From the human T2T-CHM13v2.0 reference genome, Homo sapiens, in contig CP086569.2 of assembly GCA_009914755.4 (NCBI GenBank), forward strand, positions 11,040,001 to 11,104,000: a stretch of DNA of 64,000 nt, given 5' to 3'. Position numbers and translations under genes: made by a program. How positions within the stretch are numbered: the stretch's first letter is position 1; every line of letters starts with the position of its first letter. Positions 1 to 14,860 of the stretch are shown here, piece by piece. The notes beneath the pieces are model-generated. The model did no database searches and was not told the DNA's origin. It worked only from the letters and a program-made list of their open reading frames with translations.

Positions 1-480
1 CTCAATTTCATTCCATTATATTCCACTCCACTCCATTCCACTCCAATCCATTTCATCCATTACACTCCATTCTACCCCATTCCACTCCATTCCACTCCTC
101 TCCATTCCATTAAATTCCACTCCATTCCATTCTGTTCCATTCCATTCCACTCCGCTCCACTCCACTACATTCCAGTCCACTGCATTCAGCTCCACTCCAC
201 TTGATTCCACTGCATTCGTCTATAATCTACTCCATTCCCGTCCTTTCCATTCCATTCCATTCCATTCCACTGCACTCTGATACACTCCACTTGACTCCAC
301 ACCACCTAACGTCACTGCACACCATTCCATTCCATGCTGTTCCATTCCATTCCGTTCCATTTCACTACATTCAATTCCACTCCCCTCCATTCCACTCCAG
401 TCCATTTCACTCAATTCCCTACAACTCCACTCCTCTCCACTCCACTCCATTCCATGAATTCCATTCCCTTCCATTCCTTT

Positions 481-540
481 ATTTCGACTGAAATCACTCT
501 GTTACCCAGACTGGAGTGCAATGGCACAATCTTAGCTCAC
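481..540 (-). repeat. Alu 3'-terminal fragment (about 60 bp, CpG-decayed), antisense
   Basis: tcgactgaaatcactctgttacccagactggagtgcaatggcacaatcttagctcac aligns with the reverse complement of the Alu 3' end GAGACGGAGTCTCGCTCTGTCGCCCAGGCTGGAGTGCAGTGGCGCGATCTCGGCTCAC. The tttattt on its 5' side is a poly-A remnant. Confidence 0.65.
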
Positions 541-3452
541 ATTTCATTTCACCTTTCCTTTCTATTCCTTTCCATTCCATTCCATTCCATTCCATTCCAT
601 TCCATTCCATTCCATTGCATTGTGTTCCACTGCACTTCGATTCACTCCACTCAACTCCACTCCACTTCCTTCCCTTCCTGTCCATTCCTTTGCGTTCCAT
701 TCCATTCAATTCCATTCCATTGCATTCCACTCAATTCTATTCCAATCCACTACATTTCTCTCCATTCCCCACCATTCCACTCCACGGCACTACATTTCTC
801 TCTACTCCACTTTATTTGATTCCACTCCATTCCACTCCATTCCACCCAATTCCGTTTCTGTCCATCCTGCTCCATTCCACTCCATTCCACTGCAATCCAT
901 TCCACACCACTCCAGTCTGTTCCATAAGTTCCATTCCATTGTGTTCCATTCCATTTCTTTCCTTTCAATCCCATTCCACTCCACTCCATTCCATTCCACT
1001 CCATTCCATCCACTCCACTCCTTTCCACTCCATTGCACTCCACTCTACTCCATTTCATTCCATTCCACTGCACTCTGATCCATTCCACTTTACTCCTCAC
1101 CACTCAATGCAACTCCACTCCATTTCTTTCCTTGCCTTTCCTTTCCATACCCTTCCATTCCTTTCCATTCCACTCCTTTCCATTCCACTTCACTCCATTG
1201 CACTCCACTCCTGTTAACTCCATTCCAGTCCACTCCACTCTGCTCCACTCCACTCCATGCCACTCCACTAAATTCCATTCCACTACATTCCATTCCATTC
1301 CAATTTATTCAATTCCATTCGTTTCCACTCTTTTCCACTCCATCCCCCTCCACTCTATTCCACTCCACTTCATTCCACTCTTCTCCACTCCAGTCCACTC
1401 AATTCCATTCCATTCCACTCCACCCCATTCCATTCCATTCTACTCCATTCCACTCCAGTCCAATCCACTCCACTTCATATCACTCTTCTTCAATCCATTC
1501 CATTGTATTCCACTCCATTCCATTCCATTCCACTGCACTCCTTCTCATTGCACTATTTCACTCCATTCCACTACTTCCCAATCCAGTCCACTCCATTCCA
1601 CTGAGATCCCCTCCATTCAATTCCACTCCAATCCACACCATTCCATTCCATTCCATTTCATTCCATTCCATTCCATTACACCCCATTCCATTCCACTCAT
1701 CTCCAATCCACTCCACTCCACTCCGCTGCATTCCACTCCACTCAAATCCATTCCATTTTATTTTCTTCCACTCCAGTCCAATACATTCATTTCCACTCCA
1801 TTCCATTCCACTGTACTGCATTCCTTTCCACTCCACTCCACTCAATTCCGTTACATTTCTTTCCTTTCCATTCCATTGCGTTCCATTCCACTCCTCTCCA
1901 TTCCATTCCCATCGATTCCACTTTATTCCCCTCGATTCCACTCCACTCTGCTGCACTCCACTCTATTCTATTCCATTTCTTTCCATTCCACTGCACTGTG
2001 ATCCAATCCACTTAACTCAACTCCAATCCGCTCCACTCAAATCCATTCCATTCCACTCCATTCCATTCCATTCCATTCCATTCCATTCCATTCCATTCCA
2101 TTCCATTCCTCTGCACTCAGTTCCACTCCACTCAACTCCAATCCACTCCATTCCTTTCGATTCTGTTCTGTTCCACACCGTTCCATTGCATTCCATTCCA
2201 CTCCACTGCATTCCATTCTACTCCTTTCCATTCCAATCCATTCTAATCCATTACCCTGCATTCCACTCCTCTCCACTACATTCCACTCCACTCCACTCCG
2301 TTGCTTTCCTTTCCTTTCTGTTCAGTTCTGTTCCATTCCATTCCATTCCATTGAGGTCCATTCCACTCCATTGTTCTCCACTCCATTCCTCTCCAGTCCA
2401 TGCCACTCCACTCCACTCCGATCCACTACATTCAATTCCGTTTCCTTCTTTTCCATTACATTCCACACAATTCCATTCCATTGCATTCCATTGCACTCCC
2501 TTTACGTTCCTTTCAACTTCACTCCACTCCACTCAACTCCATTCATTTCCACTCCTATCCCCTCCATTCCACTCCACTCCACTCCATTGCATTTCACTCC
2601 ACTCCAGTCTATTCCACACCATTCCATTACACTCAATTCCATTCAACTCCATTCCAATCCATTGCATTCCATTCTGCTCCACTCCATTCCATTCCATTCC
2701 ATTACACTCAATTCCATTCCATTCCTCTCCACTCCACTCCAATCCACTCCACTGAATTCCATTCCATTTTATTTGACTGCAATCCGTTACACTCCACTGA
2801 ACACTCCACTGTACCTCACTGCATTCCTTTTCGTTCCCTTCCATTCAGTTCGCTTCTATTTCATTCCATTCCATTCCATTCCATTCCACTCTACCTCCTT
2901 CCACTCTTCCCCATTTCACTCCATTCCACTCCATTCCACTACTCTCCACTCCAATCCACTCCAATCAATTCCCTTCCACTCCAGTCCATTCCATTCCATT
3001 CTATTCCATTCCACACCATTCCACTCAATTAAACTCAACTCCATTCCAGTACACTCAATTCAACTACACCCCACTACATTCCACTCCATTCCATTCCGTT
3101 CCACTCCATTCCATTCCATTTCATTCCATTCCATTCCATTCCGTTCCATTCCGTTCCATTCCGTTTCATTGCATTCCATTCCATTCCATTCCATTCCATT
3201 CCATTCCATTCCATTCCATTCCATTCCATTCCATTCTAATCCACTCCACTCCATTGCTCTCCACGTCACTTAATTCTATTCCTTTCCATTCCATTTCTTT
3301 TCACTGCACTCTGATCCACTCTTTTCATCTCAACTCCACTTCTCTCCACTACACTCCATTCCATTCAGTTTTATTCCATTTTTTTCCATTCCATTCCATT
3401 CCATTCCTCTGCACTCCATTCCATTCCCTTCTACTACATTCCATTCCATTCC

Positions 3453-3515
3453 TTTATTTCGACTGGAACTCAGTCTGTCACTCAGACAGAAGTGCAGTTG
3501 CACAAGCTTAGATCA
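3453..3515 (-). repeat. Alu 3'-terminal fragment, antisense (degenerate)
   Basis: tttatttcgactggaactcagtctgtcactcagacagaagtgcagttgcacaagcttagatc. Confidence 0.55.
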
Positions 3516-4393
3516 AATTTCTTTCCACAATTCCATTCCATTCCATTCCATTCCTTTCCATTCCGTTCCATTCCATTCCATTCCATTCCATTCCATTCCT
3601 TTCTACTCCACTCCACTTTACTCCACTAGACTCCACTCCATTCCTTTCCTTTCCACTGCACTCTGATCCACTCCTCTAAGCTCCACTCCACTTTCTTCCT
3701 TTCTTTTACATTCCTTTTCATTCCGTTCCATTAAATTCCTTTCCATTCATTCCATTCCACTCCACTCCATTGCATACCATTGCGTTTTTCTTCATTCCAC
3801 TCCACTCCACTCCATTCTACTCAACTCTACTACACTAAACTCCACTACATTCCATTCCATTCCATTCCAACCCAGTGCACTCCGATCATCTCCACTCCAC
3901 TCCACTCCATTCCCTTCTCTTCCATCCCATTCTGCTCCTTTCCACTCCATTCCTTTCCACTCCACTCCCTTCCACTACTCTGAATTTCACTCCTTTAAAC
4001 TCCATTCCTTTCTCCTCCACCCCACTCCACTCCATTTAATTCTGCTCCATTCCATTCCATTCCACTACATTTCATTCCATTCCATTTCACTCCATTAAAC
4101 TCCACTCCATTCCACTACACTCCATTCCACTCCACTCCATTCCACACCATTCCATTCCATTCCACTCCATTCCACTCCATTATACTTCACTCCATTCCAC
4201 TCCGCTCGACTTCATTCCACTGAACTCCATTCCATTCCCGTGTATTCCTGTCCACTCCATTCCACTACATTCTACCCCGTTCCACTCCACTCCATTCCAG
4301 TTCACTCCATTCCACTCCAATCTACTTCATTACACTCCTTTCCACTCGAATCCACTCCATTCCATTCCATTCTACTCTGTTCCATTCCATTCC

Positions 4394-4457
4394 TTTATTT
4401 CGAATGGATCTCACTCAGTCACCCCAGACTGGAGTGCAGTTCCACAATCTTAGCTCA
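4394..4457 (-). repeat. Alu 3'-terminal fragment, antisense
   Basis: tttatttcgaatggatctcactcagtcaccccagactggagtgcagttccacaatcttagctca. Confidence 0.65.
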
Positions 4458-5348
4458 TATTTCATTTCACCATTCCATTGCATTCCATTCCATTCCATTT
4501 CATTCCATTCCATTCTATTGCATTCCTTTCAATTCCTTTCCACTCAGCTCCACTGCACTCTTCTCCACTACGCTCCTTCCTATTAAATTCCATACCAGTC
4601 TACTACAATTTTCTCCACTGTACTACATTCCACTCCACTCCACTCCACTCAACTCCACTGCACTTCATTCCATTTCGTTTCATTCCTTTCTGTTCCATTC
4701 CATTCCATTCTGTTCCATCCTAAACCAATCCACTCTACTCCATTCCATTCCACTCCATTTCACTCCACACCACTCCACTCCACACCACTCCATTCCATTC
4801 CATTCCATTACATTCCACTTCACTCCGATCCACTCCACTCAACTCCACTCCAATCCACTTCGTTCCATTCTGTTCCATGCCTTTGCACTCCATTCCATTC
4901 CATTCCACTGCATTCCAGTCCAGTCCATTTCACACCATTCCACTCCATTCCACTCTGCTCCATTCCACTCCACTCCTTTCCATTCCACTGCATTCCATTC
5001 CATTCCACTCCACTCCATTCCATTCCACACCATGAATCTCCTTTCCTCTCCACTTCATTTCACTTCACTCCATTCCACTCCACTCCCCTCCACTCCATAT
5101 CACTCCACTCCTTTCCATTCCATTCCACTCCATTCCACTCCACTCTTTCCACTACACTCCACTCCACTTCTTTCCATTCCATTCTATTCCACTCAATTCT
5201 ACTCCACATCATTCAACTCCACTCAACTACATTCCACTCCATTCCATTCCATTCCACTTCTTTGCATTCCACTCCTCTCCATTTCACTCTATTCCATTCC
5301 ACTCCTTTGAATTTCATTGCATTCTACTCCATTCTATTCCGTTCCTCT

Positions 5349-5409
5349 ATTTTGAATGAATCTCACTCTGTCTCCCAGACTGCAGTGTAGTGTCACAATC
5401 TTAGCTCAC
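5349..5409 (-). repeat. Alu 3'-terminal fragment, antisense
   Basis: tattttgaatgaatctcactctgtctcccagactgcagtgtagtgtcacaatcttagctcac. Confidence 0.6.
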
Positions 5410-5974
5410 TTTTAATTTCACCATTCCATTCCACTCCATTTCATTTTATTCCACTCCTCTCCACTTCACTACACTCCACTCTACTCCATTCCATTCCATT
5501 CCATTCCACTTTATTCTGATCCACTCCACTCAACTCCACTCCAGTCCACTCCACTCCGTTCAGTTCCTTTGCATTCCATTCCATACCATTCCACCCCACG
5601 CCACTCCACTCAACTGCACGCCACTCCGCTCTATTGTATTCCATTCCACTGCACTCCAACCCAATCCACTCAACTCCACTCCAGTCCACTCCAATACATT
5701 CCTTTCCTTTCTGTTCCCTTCTGTTCCGTTCCTTTCCTCCCCTTTCCATTCCAATCCATTCCGTTGCACTGCACTCTAATTCACTCTATTCCACTCCATT
5801 CCGCTCCACTCCACTCCATTCCACTCCATTCCATTCCATTCCAATCCATTCCATTCAATTCCTTTCCACTCCATTCCACTCCCCTCCATTCCAGTCCACT
5901 CAACTACATTCCACTCCATTCCATTCCTCAAAACTCCGGTATATTCGACTCTATTCCATTCCTTTCCTTTCCAT

Positions 5975-6037
5975 TATTTCTTCTTCATCTCACTCTGTCA
6001 CCCCGACTGGGGTGTGGTGGCAGAATCTTAGCCTACA
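5975..6037 (-). repeat. Alu 3'-terminal fragment, antisense (degenerate)
   Basis: catctcactctgtcaccccgactggggtgtggtggcagaatcttagcctac. Confidence 0.55.
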
Positions 6038-6667
6038 TTTCATTACACCAGTCCATTCCATTCCATTCCATTCCATTCCATTCCATTCCATTCCATTCCA
6101 TTCCATTCCATAGCATTCCATTCCATTCCATTTCATTCCACCGAACTCCTCTCTACTGCAATCCACTCTACTTCGTTCTGTTCCATTCCATTCCATTCCA
6201 TTTCCGTCCACTCAACTCCATTCCGTTCCACTCCTTTCGACTCCACTCCTCTCCACTCTGTTCTATTCTGTTCCTTTCCATTACGTTCCATTCCATAGCA
6301 TTCCACCCCATTCCAATCCACTCCATTTTATTCCACTCCACACATATCACTCAATAAAACTCCACTCCACTCCATTCCAGTCTTCTCCATTGCATCCCAT
6401 TCCACTTCATTTCATTCAATTTGATTCCACTCATTTCCACTCTATTCTACTGCTCTCCATTCATCACCACTACATTCCACTCCACTCCACTCCTTTCCAC
6501 TCCATTCCATTCCACTCCACTTCATTCCTTTGCATTCCACTCCATTCCCCTCCATTCCACTTAACTTTAATCTCTTCCACTCCAATCCACTCCACTCCAT
6601 TCCATTCCACTCCATTCTATTCCACTGCACTCCATTCCATTTCATTCTACTCCATTCCATTCCATTC

Positions 6668-6730
6668 CTTTATTTCGACTGGCTCTCAGTCTGTCACCAA
6701 GACTTTAGTACAGTGGGACAACATTAGAAT
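6668..6730 (-). repeat. Alu 3'-terminal fragment, antisense (degenerate)
   Basis: tttatttcgactggctctcagtctgtcaccaagactttagtacagtgggacaacattagaatac. Confidence 0.5.
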
Positions 6731-7304
6731 ACATTTCATTTCACCATTCCATTCCATTCCATTCCATTCCATTCCATTCCATTCCACTCCACTCCATTCC
6801 ACTCCATTCCTTTCCTTTCCACTGCACTCCGATCCAATCCTCTCACTTCCACTCCTCTCCATTCCACTCCATTCCATTCCGTTCCATTCCATTCTGTTCC
6901 ATTCCAATCTTTTTCACTCAACTCCTTTCCATTCCACTCCATTCCACTTCACTCCACTCCACTCCAAACCCCTCCACTCCACTCAATTCCTTTCCTTTCC
7001 ATTCCTCTGCACTCTGGTCCACTCCATTAAGCTCCACTCCACTCTATTCCACTCTGTTCCATTCCATTCAACCCCTATTCACTCCAATGCAACTCATTCC
7101 ATTCCTCTCCAACCCACCCCAATCCACTCCATTCCACTACACTCCATTCATTCCACTCTGTTCCGTTCAAATCCATTCCATTCCAATCCATTGCACTCCA
7201 TTCCTCTCCACTCCATTGCACTCCACTCCCCTCCATTCCACTCCACTCCATTCCATTCCTTTCTACTCCATTCCATTCCATTTTACTCTATTCCATTCCA
7301 ATCC

Positions 7305-7376
7305 TTTATTTTGACTGGTTCTCTCTCTATCACCCATCTGGAGTTCAGTGGCACAATCTTAGCTCACCTTTCATTT
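7305..7376 (-). repeat. Alu 3'-terminal fragment, antisense
   Basis: tttattttgactggttctctctctatcacccatctggagttcagtggcacaatcttagctcac. Confidence 0.6.
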
Positions 7377-7839
7377 CACGATTCCATTCCATTCCATTCC
7401 CTTCCAATCCGTTCTATTCCATTCCATTCCATTCCAGTCCACTGCACTCGTCTCCAATCCATTGATTTCATTTCATTCCAATGCACTCTTATCCACTCCA
7501 CTCAACTCCACTCCACTGCACTCAACTGCACTCCATTCCATTCCTTACCGTTCCCTTCAATTCCATTCCCTTCCACTCCATTCCTTTCCACTCCTCTCCA
7601 TTCCACTCCACTCCAATTCACTCCATTACCCTCTATTCGACTCCACTCCACTCCATTCCACTGCATGGCATTCCATTCCACTCCATTTCATTCAATTACT
7701 TTCCACTCCATTCTACTCCATTCCACTCCACTCCATTCCACTGCAATCCATTCTAATCCTCTCTACCGCATTCCACTTCATTCCATTCCACTCCACTTCA
7801 TTTCGTTCTGTTCTTCTAAATTCCTTTCCCCTCCATTCA

Positions 7840-7902
7840 TTTATGTCGACAGGATCTCACTCTTTCACCGAGACTGGATTGCAGTGAAACCATCTTAGCT
7901 CA
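7840..7902 (-). repeat. Alu 3'-terminal fragment, antisense
   Basis: tttatgtcgacaggatctcactctttcaccgagactggattgcagtgaaaccatcttagctcac. Confidence 0.6.
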
Positions 7903-8188
7903 CATTTCATTTCACCGTTTCATTCCATTCCATTCCGTTCCACTCCATTCCATTCCACTAAATTCCACTCTATTCCACTGCATTCCACTCCACTGCAGTC
8001 CATTGCACTCCATTCCACTCCATTCCATTCAATTCTACTCCAGTTCATTCCATTCCACTCCCTTCTCCTCCATTCCACTACATTTCATTCCACTCCACTC
8101 CATTGCACTTCAGTCCACTCTATTCCACTCTATTGCAATCCACTCCACTCCATTCAATTTCAGGATACTCCATTCCTTTCTATTCCCC

Positions 8189-8250
8189 TATTTCGACTGG
8201 ATCTCACTCTGTCACCCAGACCGGAGTGCAGTTTCACTATCTTAGGTCAC
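8189..8250 (-). repeat. Alu 3'-terminal fragment, antisense
   Basis: ctatttcgactggatctcactctgtcacccagaccggagtgcagtttcactatcttaggtcac. Confidence 0.65.
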
Positions 8251-8724
8251 ATGTCATTTCCTAATTCCATTCAATTCCATTTAATTCCCTTCCATTACAT
8301 TCCAATCAACTAAACTCAACTCCAATCCACTCCACTCCACTTCCCTTAATGCTACACCACTCCATTCCATTCAATTTCATTCAATTCCTTTCCACTGCAC
8401 TGCGATCCACTCCAGTCAACTTCACTCAACTCCACTCCTTTCCATTCCATACAGTAACCTTCCATTCTGTTACATTTCACTCCCTTCCTTTCCAATCCAT
8501 TCCATTCCTCTCCACTCCAATTCACTCCATTCACCTCCTTTCCACTCCACTCCATTCCATTCCATTGCATTCAACTAAATTCCATTCCATTTTTTCCACT
8601 CCATTCCATTCCATTCCACTAAATTCCATTCCAATACTTTCTACTCTACTCCACCACATTCTGCTCCATTCCATTCCACTCTACTCCATTCCATTCAATT
8701 CTACTACGTTCCATTTCATTCCAT

Positions 8725-8791
8725 TATTTTATTTCGACTTGGTCTCATCCTTCGTACCAGACTGGAGTGAAGTGGCACAATCTTACCTCAC
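8725..8791 (-). repeat. Alu 3'-terminal fragment, antisense
   Basis: ttttatttcgacttggtctcatccttcgtaccagactggagtgaagtggcacaatcttacctcac. Confidence 0.6.
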
Positions 8792-10580
8792 ATTTCATTT
8801 CACAATTCCATTCCATTCCATTCCATTCCATTCCATTCCATTCCACTAAAATCCTCTCCACTCCACTCCATTCCATTCCATTCCACTGCACTTCAATCCA
8901 CTCCACTGAATTCCACTCCACTCCAATTTTTTCCATTCCGTTTTGTTCCTTTCCATTCCATTCCGCTTTTCTCCATTCCATTCCATTCCACTCCATTCTA
9001 CTCCACTTCACTTCTCTCCACTCCACTCTAGTACTCTACTCTACACTAAACTTCACTCCATTCCATTCCATTCCATTCCACTGCATCCTGATCCTCTCCG
9101 CTCAACTTGTCTCCCCTCCACTCCATCCCGTTTCGTTCCGTTACATTTTTTCTTTTCCATTCCATTCTATGCCATCCCATTCCATTCCACTTAATTGCAC
9201 TCCACTCCAATCCACTCCACTCCACTCCATTGCATTCCACTCCACTCCACTGCACTCCGTTCCACTCTTCTCAACTCTTATCCACTCCACTACACTCTGT
9301 TCCATTCCATTCCGTTCCATTTTGTTACATTCCATTCCACTCCATTACATTTCAGTCCACTCCATTGCACTCCACTCCACGCCTTTCCACTCCACTCCAT
9401 TTCACTCCATTCCACTCCATTCCACTCGACTCCACTGCACTCTGTTACTTTCCGTTCCATTCCATTCCATTCCATTCCATTCCATTCCATTCCATTCCAT
9501 TCACTTCCATTCCATTCCTCTGCACTCCATTCCACTCCACTCCACTCCTCTCCACTCCCTTCCATTCTGGTACATTCCGTTTGGTTCTGTTCTGTTCCAT
9601 TCTACTCCATTGCACTGCACTTCACTTTCTTCCAATCTACTGCATTTCACACAAGTCCACTGCATTCCACTCCACTCCACTGCACTTCAAACGACTCTAA
9701 TCCACTCCATTCCATTTCACTCCACTCCACTCCATTTCACTATGTTGTACTCCATTCCACTCCACTCCATTACATTCCACACCACTCTATTCCATTCCAA
9801 TCCACTCCATTCTATTCCTTTCCTTTTCATTCCATTTCATTCCATTGCATTCCGTTGCATTCCTTTCTAGTCCATTCCCATCCATTTCATTCCATTCCAT
9901 TCCATTCCACTCCACTCGATTTCATTCCATTCCACTCCATTCCATTTCATTCCTCTGTACTCCATTCCATTCAACTCCACTCCACCCCACTCCAATCCAT
10001 TCCACTCAACTCCACTACTCTCCACTCCACTCCTCTCCATTCCATTCCATTGGATTCCATTTTATTCTATTCAGTTCCATTCCATTCCACTCCACTCCAT
10101 TCGATTCAATTTCACTGAACTCCGATCTACTCCACTCCACTCCACTTCACTCCGTTCCCTTCCATTGCTTTCCTTTAACTTTCATTATTTTCCATTCCCT
10201 TCCATTCCTTTCCATTTCATTGCACTCCATTCCATTTCACTCCGTTCGTCTCCATTACACACAAATCCACTCAACTTCACTCCACTCCACTCTACTCCAT
10301 TACATTCCTTTCCATTCCATTCAGTTCCATTCCATTCCACTCCCTTCCATTCCACTCCACTCCATTCCTCTCCACTCCATTTCTCTCCATTCCACTCTAT
10401 TCAACTACTCTCCATTCCACTCCCCTCCACTCCATTGCAATACACTCCATTCCATTCCCTTCCACTCCATTCCCTTCTATTCCATTCCACTCCATTCCTC
10501 TCCACTCCACTCCATTTGACTCCATTCTATTCCACACAACTCCATTCCATTCCATTCTATTCCTTTCTATTCCATTCCAT

Positions 10581-10645
10581 TATTTCGACTGCGTCTCTCT
10601 CTGTCACCCACACTGGAATACAGTGGAACAATCTTACCTAACATT
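10581..10645 (-). repeat. Alu 3'-terminal fragment, antisense
   Basis: tatttcgactgcgtctctctctgtcacccacactggaatacagtggaacaatcttacctaac. Confidence 0.55.
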
Positions 10646-11980
10646 TTGTTTCACAATACGCTTCCATTCCATTTCATTCCATTCCACTCCACTCCACTCC
10701 ATTTCTTTACACTTCTCTCCACCCCACTTCACTCCACTCCACTCAACTACACTCCATTTCATTCCATTGCACTCCAATCCTCTCCAATCCATTCATTTCC
10801 ACTGAATTCCATTCATTTCCATTCCATTGCCCTGCACTCAGACCCACTCTATGCCACTCCACTGCATTACACCCTGCAACAATCCATTTCATTCCCTTCC
10901 ATTCCACGCCAATCCATGCCATTCCATTCCATTCCACTCCATTCCTTTCCACTCCACCCCTTTCCATTCCACTCCACTCCACTCCCTTCCATTGCACTCA
11001 ACTCCATTCCATTCCATTCCATTCCATTCCATTGTATTCCATTCCATTCCATTAAAGTGCACTCAGATCCACTCCACTCGACTCCACTCCACTCCTTTCC
11101 ATTCCATTCCATACATTCCATATCATTCCAATCCATTCCATTCCATGAAATTCCATTCCAATCCACTCCCTTCCATTCCACTCCATCGAACTCCATTCCT
11201 CTCCATTCCACTCCACTGCACTCCTCTCCAATGCACTCCACTCCAATCTACTTTATTCCATTCCATGAAATTCTACTGCACTCCAATCCACTCCACCCAA
11301 CTCTACTCCACTCGAATCCATTCCACTCCATTCCCTTCCGTTTGTTCCATTCGGTTCCTTTCCATTCCACTCGGTTCTGCTCCATTCCACTCCATTACAT
11401 TCCACTCAAATCTTTTCCTCTCCACTCCATTTCACTCCATTCCACTCCACTCCACTGCATTCCACTCCACTCCACTCAACTCCTTCCCATTCAGTCCACT
11501 TCACTCCATTCCATTCCATTCCATTTCTTTTGACTGCACTCCGAAACACTCCACTCAACTCCACTCCACTGCACTCCATTCTATTCCATTCCATTCCATT
11601 CTGTTCTATTATGTTCTATCTCATTCCACTCTGTTTGATTCCACTACACTCCATTCCTATCCTTTCCGTTTCACTCCGTTCCACTCCATACTACTACACT
11701 CCACTGCACTCCACTCCAATATACTCCATTCCATTCCATTGTACTCCCATTCCATTCCATTCCAATTCATTCCACTCCACTCCAATGCACTCCACAGCAT
11801 TCCACTCCACACAATTTCACTCCATCCATTCCACTGAGTTCCATTAATTTTCATTCCACTCTGTTACACTCCTTTCCAATTCATTCCATTCCACTCCACT
11901 ATATTCCACTCCACTCCATTCCCCTCCATTCCATTCCACCCAACACCATTCTAGTCCATTCTATTCCACTCCAATCCATT

Positions 11981-12047
11981 CTTTATTTCGACTGGATCTC
12001 ACTCTTTCACACAGACTGAAGTGCAGTGGCACAATCTTAACTCACAT
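11981..12047 (-). repeat. Alu 3'-terminal fragment, antisense
   Basis: ctttatttcgactggatctcactctttcacacagactgaagtgcagtggcacaatcttaactcac. Confidence 0.65.
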
Positions 12048-13342
12048 TACATTTCACCATTCAATTGCATTGCATTCCATTTCATTCCATTCCATTCCAC
12101 TCCACTCCACTCCATTCCATTCCATTCAATTCCATTCCATTGCATTCCATTCCAGAGAACTGCACTCTTCTCCACTCCACTCCATTCCATTCCATTGCAT
12201 TCAACTCCATTTCCATGGACTCCGATCCACTAAACTCATTTCCACTCCAGTCCATTCCACTCTTCTCCTTTCAATTCTATTCCATTCCATTCGTTTCCAT
12301 TCCATTCTATTCTGTTTCATTACATTCAATTGCATTCCATTCCATTCCATTCCATTCCATTCCTTCCTATTCCATTCCAATCCATTCCTTTCCAATTCAC
12401 TCTGTCCTACTCCATTGCATTCCTTTCCACTCCACTACATTCCATTCCATTCCACTGCATTCCATTCCATTCCACACCATTCCATTCTATTCCTTTCCAT
12501 TTTACTCCACTCCTCTGCAATCCACCCAAATCCTCTCCACTCCAAACCATTCTACTCCACTCCACTCCACACCTCTTCTCTCCATTCTTTTCCAATTTAT
12601 TCCATTCCACCTTCTTCCATTCCACTTCACTCCATTCCATTTCATTCAATTCCACTGCACTCCCATCAATTCCACTAAACTCCACGGGACTACAATCCAC
12701 TACACGCCATTTCAGTCCGTTTCTTTCCATTAAATTACATTCCATTGCATTCCACACCACTCCATTCCATTCCACTCCAGTCCACTCCGTTCCACTCCAT
12801 TCCACTCCACTCCACTCATCTCCACTCCATTGGACTCAATTCCATGCCATTCCCGTCCATTCCATTCCACTGCACTCCATTCCACTCCACTCAACTGTTT
12901 TCCACTCCACTCCACTCTACTCTGTTCCATTCCATTCCGTTGCATTCCTATCCGTTCCGTTCCATTCCACTCCACTCCATTTCACTCCCTTGATCTCCAC
13001 TCCACTCGTCTCCACTCCACTTCATTACATTCTATTCGACTACATTTCATTCCACTAAACTCCATTCCATTTCATTCTATTCTGCACCTTTCCATTCCTT
13101 TCCACTCCACTCCATTCCACTCCACACCATTCCACTCCACTCCACTTCACTCAAATCCAATCAATTCCATTCCATTCCTCTGAGTTCCATTAATTTGCAT
13201 TCCACTCCATTACATTCCTCTGCAGTTCAGTCCTTTCCCCTCCACTCCATTCCACTCCACTTCATTCCACTCCACTCCACTCCATTCCCCTCAATTCCAT
13301 TCCAACCCACACCATTCTGCTCCATTCTATTCCATTGCATTC

Positions 13343-13407
13343 ATTAATTTGACTGGATCTCACTAGGTCACCCAGACTGGAGTGCAGCAGCACAATCTCT
13401 GCTCACA
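13343..13407 (-). repeat. Alu 3'-terminal fragment, antisense
   Basis: ttaatttgactggatctcactaggtcacccagactggagtgcagcagcacaatctctgctcac. Confidence 0.65.
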
Positions 13408-14794
13408 TTACATTTCACCATTCCATTCCATTCCATTCCATTCCATTCCATTCCATTCCATTCCATTGCATTTAATTCCAGTCAACTCCACTCCACTCCA
13501 TTCCATTCCATTCCATTCAACTCCATTTCCGTGCACTCCTATCCACTGAAATATTTTCCACTCCACTCCATTCCACTCCACTCCTCTCCACTCCAGTACA
13601 TTCCGGTCCATTCTATTCCATTCTGATCCATTCCATTGCATTCCATTCAATTCCTTTCCATTGCCCTCCACTCCATTTCTTTCCACTCCATTCCGCTCCA
13701 CTCCATTCCACTCCATTGCATTCCATTCCTTTCCATTCCAGTGCACTGCATTCCACTCCACTTGATTCCACACCATGGCAAGCCACTCCAATTCCTGACA
13801 TTCTGTGGCGTTCCATTCCATAAATTTCCGTTCAGTTCCTTTCCATTCCACTCCATTCCATTCCTATCCTCTCCATGCTACTGCACTCCCTTAAACTCTA
13901 TTCCACTCCATTCCATTCCACTTCACTCTACTCCACCGCATTCCATTCCGATATATTCCATTCCATTGTGTTCCATTCCATTCCTCTCTCTTGGATTCCA
14001 TTCCATTCCACTCCACTCCATTCCATTCCACCTCTTTCTACTCCAATCCACTCCACCCCAATCCACTCCATTCCATTCCGTTCCTTTCCATTCACTTCCT
14101 TCCCATTTCACTCCTTTCCATTTGTCTCCAATCAATTCCACCCCACACCATTTCATGCCACATTGATCCACTTCCCTCATATTTACAGCATTCCATTCCA
14201 GTCCATTCCATTCCAATCCATTGAAATGCATTTCATTCCATTACATTCAACTCCACTCCATTCCACTCCACTGCGTTTGACTTCATTGCACTCCACTCTT
14301 CTTTCCACTCCCTGCCACTCAACTCCTCTCCACTCCACTCAATTCCATTAAACTCCACTGCATTGCATTCCTCTCCATTCCATTCCATTCCATTCCTCTC
14401 CACTCCACTCCATTCTATTCCACTCCATTCCAATCGACTCCATTCCATTCCACTCCATTCCACTCCACTCCAATCCACTCCACTCCATTCCACTCAAATC
14501 CTTTCCATTCCATTCCATTGCATTCCTTTCCTTTCCATTCCATTCCATTCCATTCATTCCACTGCACTGCGATCCACTCCACTTGACTCCACATCACTGC
14601 TAGCCACTCCACTCCACTCCATTCCATTTCGTGCCATTCTCTTCTGTTCCCTTCCATTCCACTCCATTCCATTCCACTCCACTCTATTCCACTCTACTCC
14701 ATTTCCCACCATTCCCCTCGATTCCACTCACCTCCACTCCACTCCACTGCCCTCCTCTCCACTCCATTCCATTCAGTTCCATTGCATTCCATTC

Positions 14795-14860
14795 CTTTAT
14801 TACGACTGAATATCTCCCTTTTAGGCAGACTGGAGTGCAGTGGCACAGTCTTAGCTCACA
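14795..14860 (-). repeat. Alu 3'-terminal fragment, antisense
   Basis: tttattacgactgaatatctcccttttaggcagactggagtgcagtggcacagtcttagctcac. Confidence 0.6.
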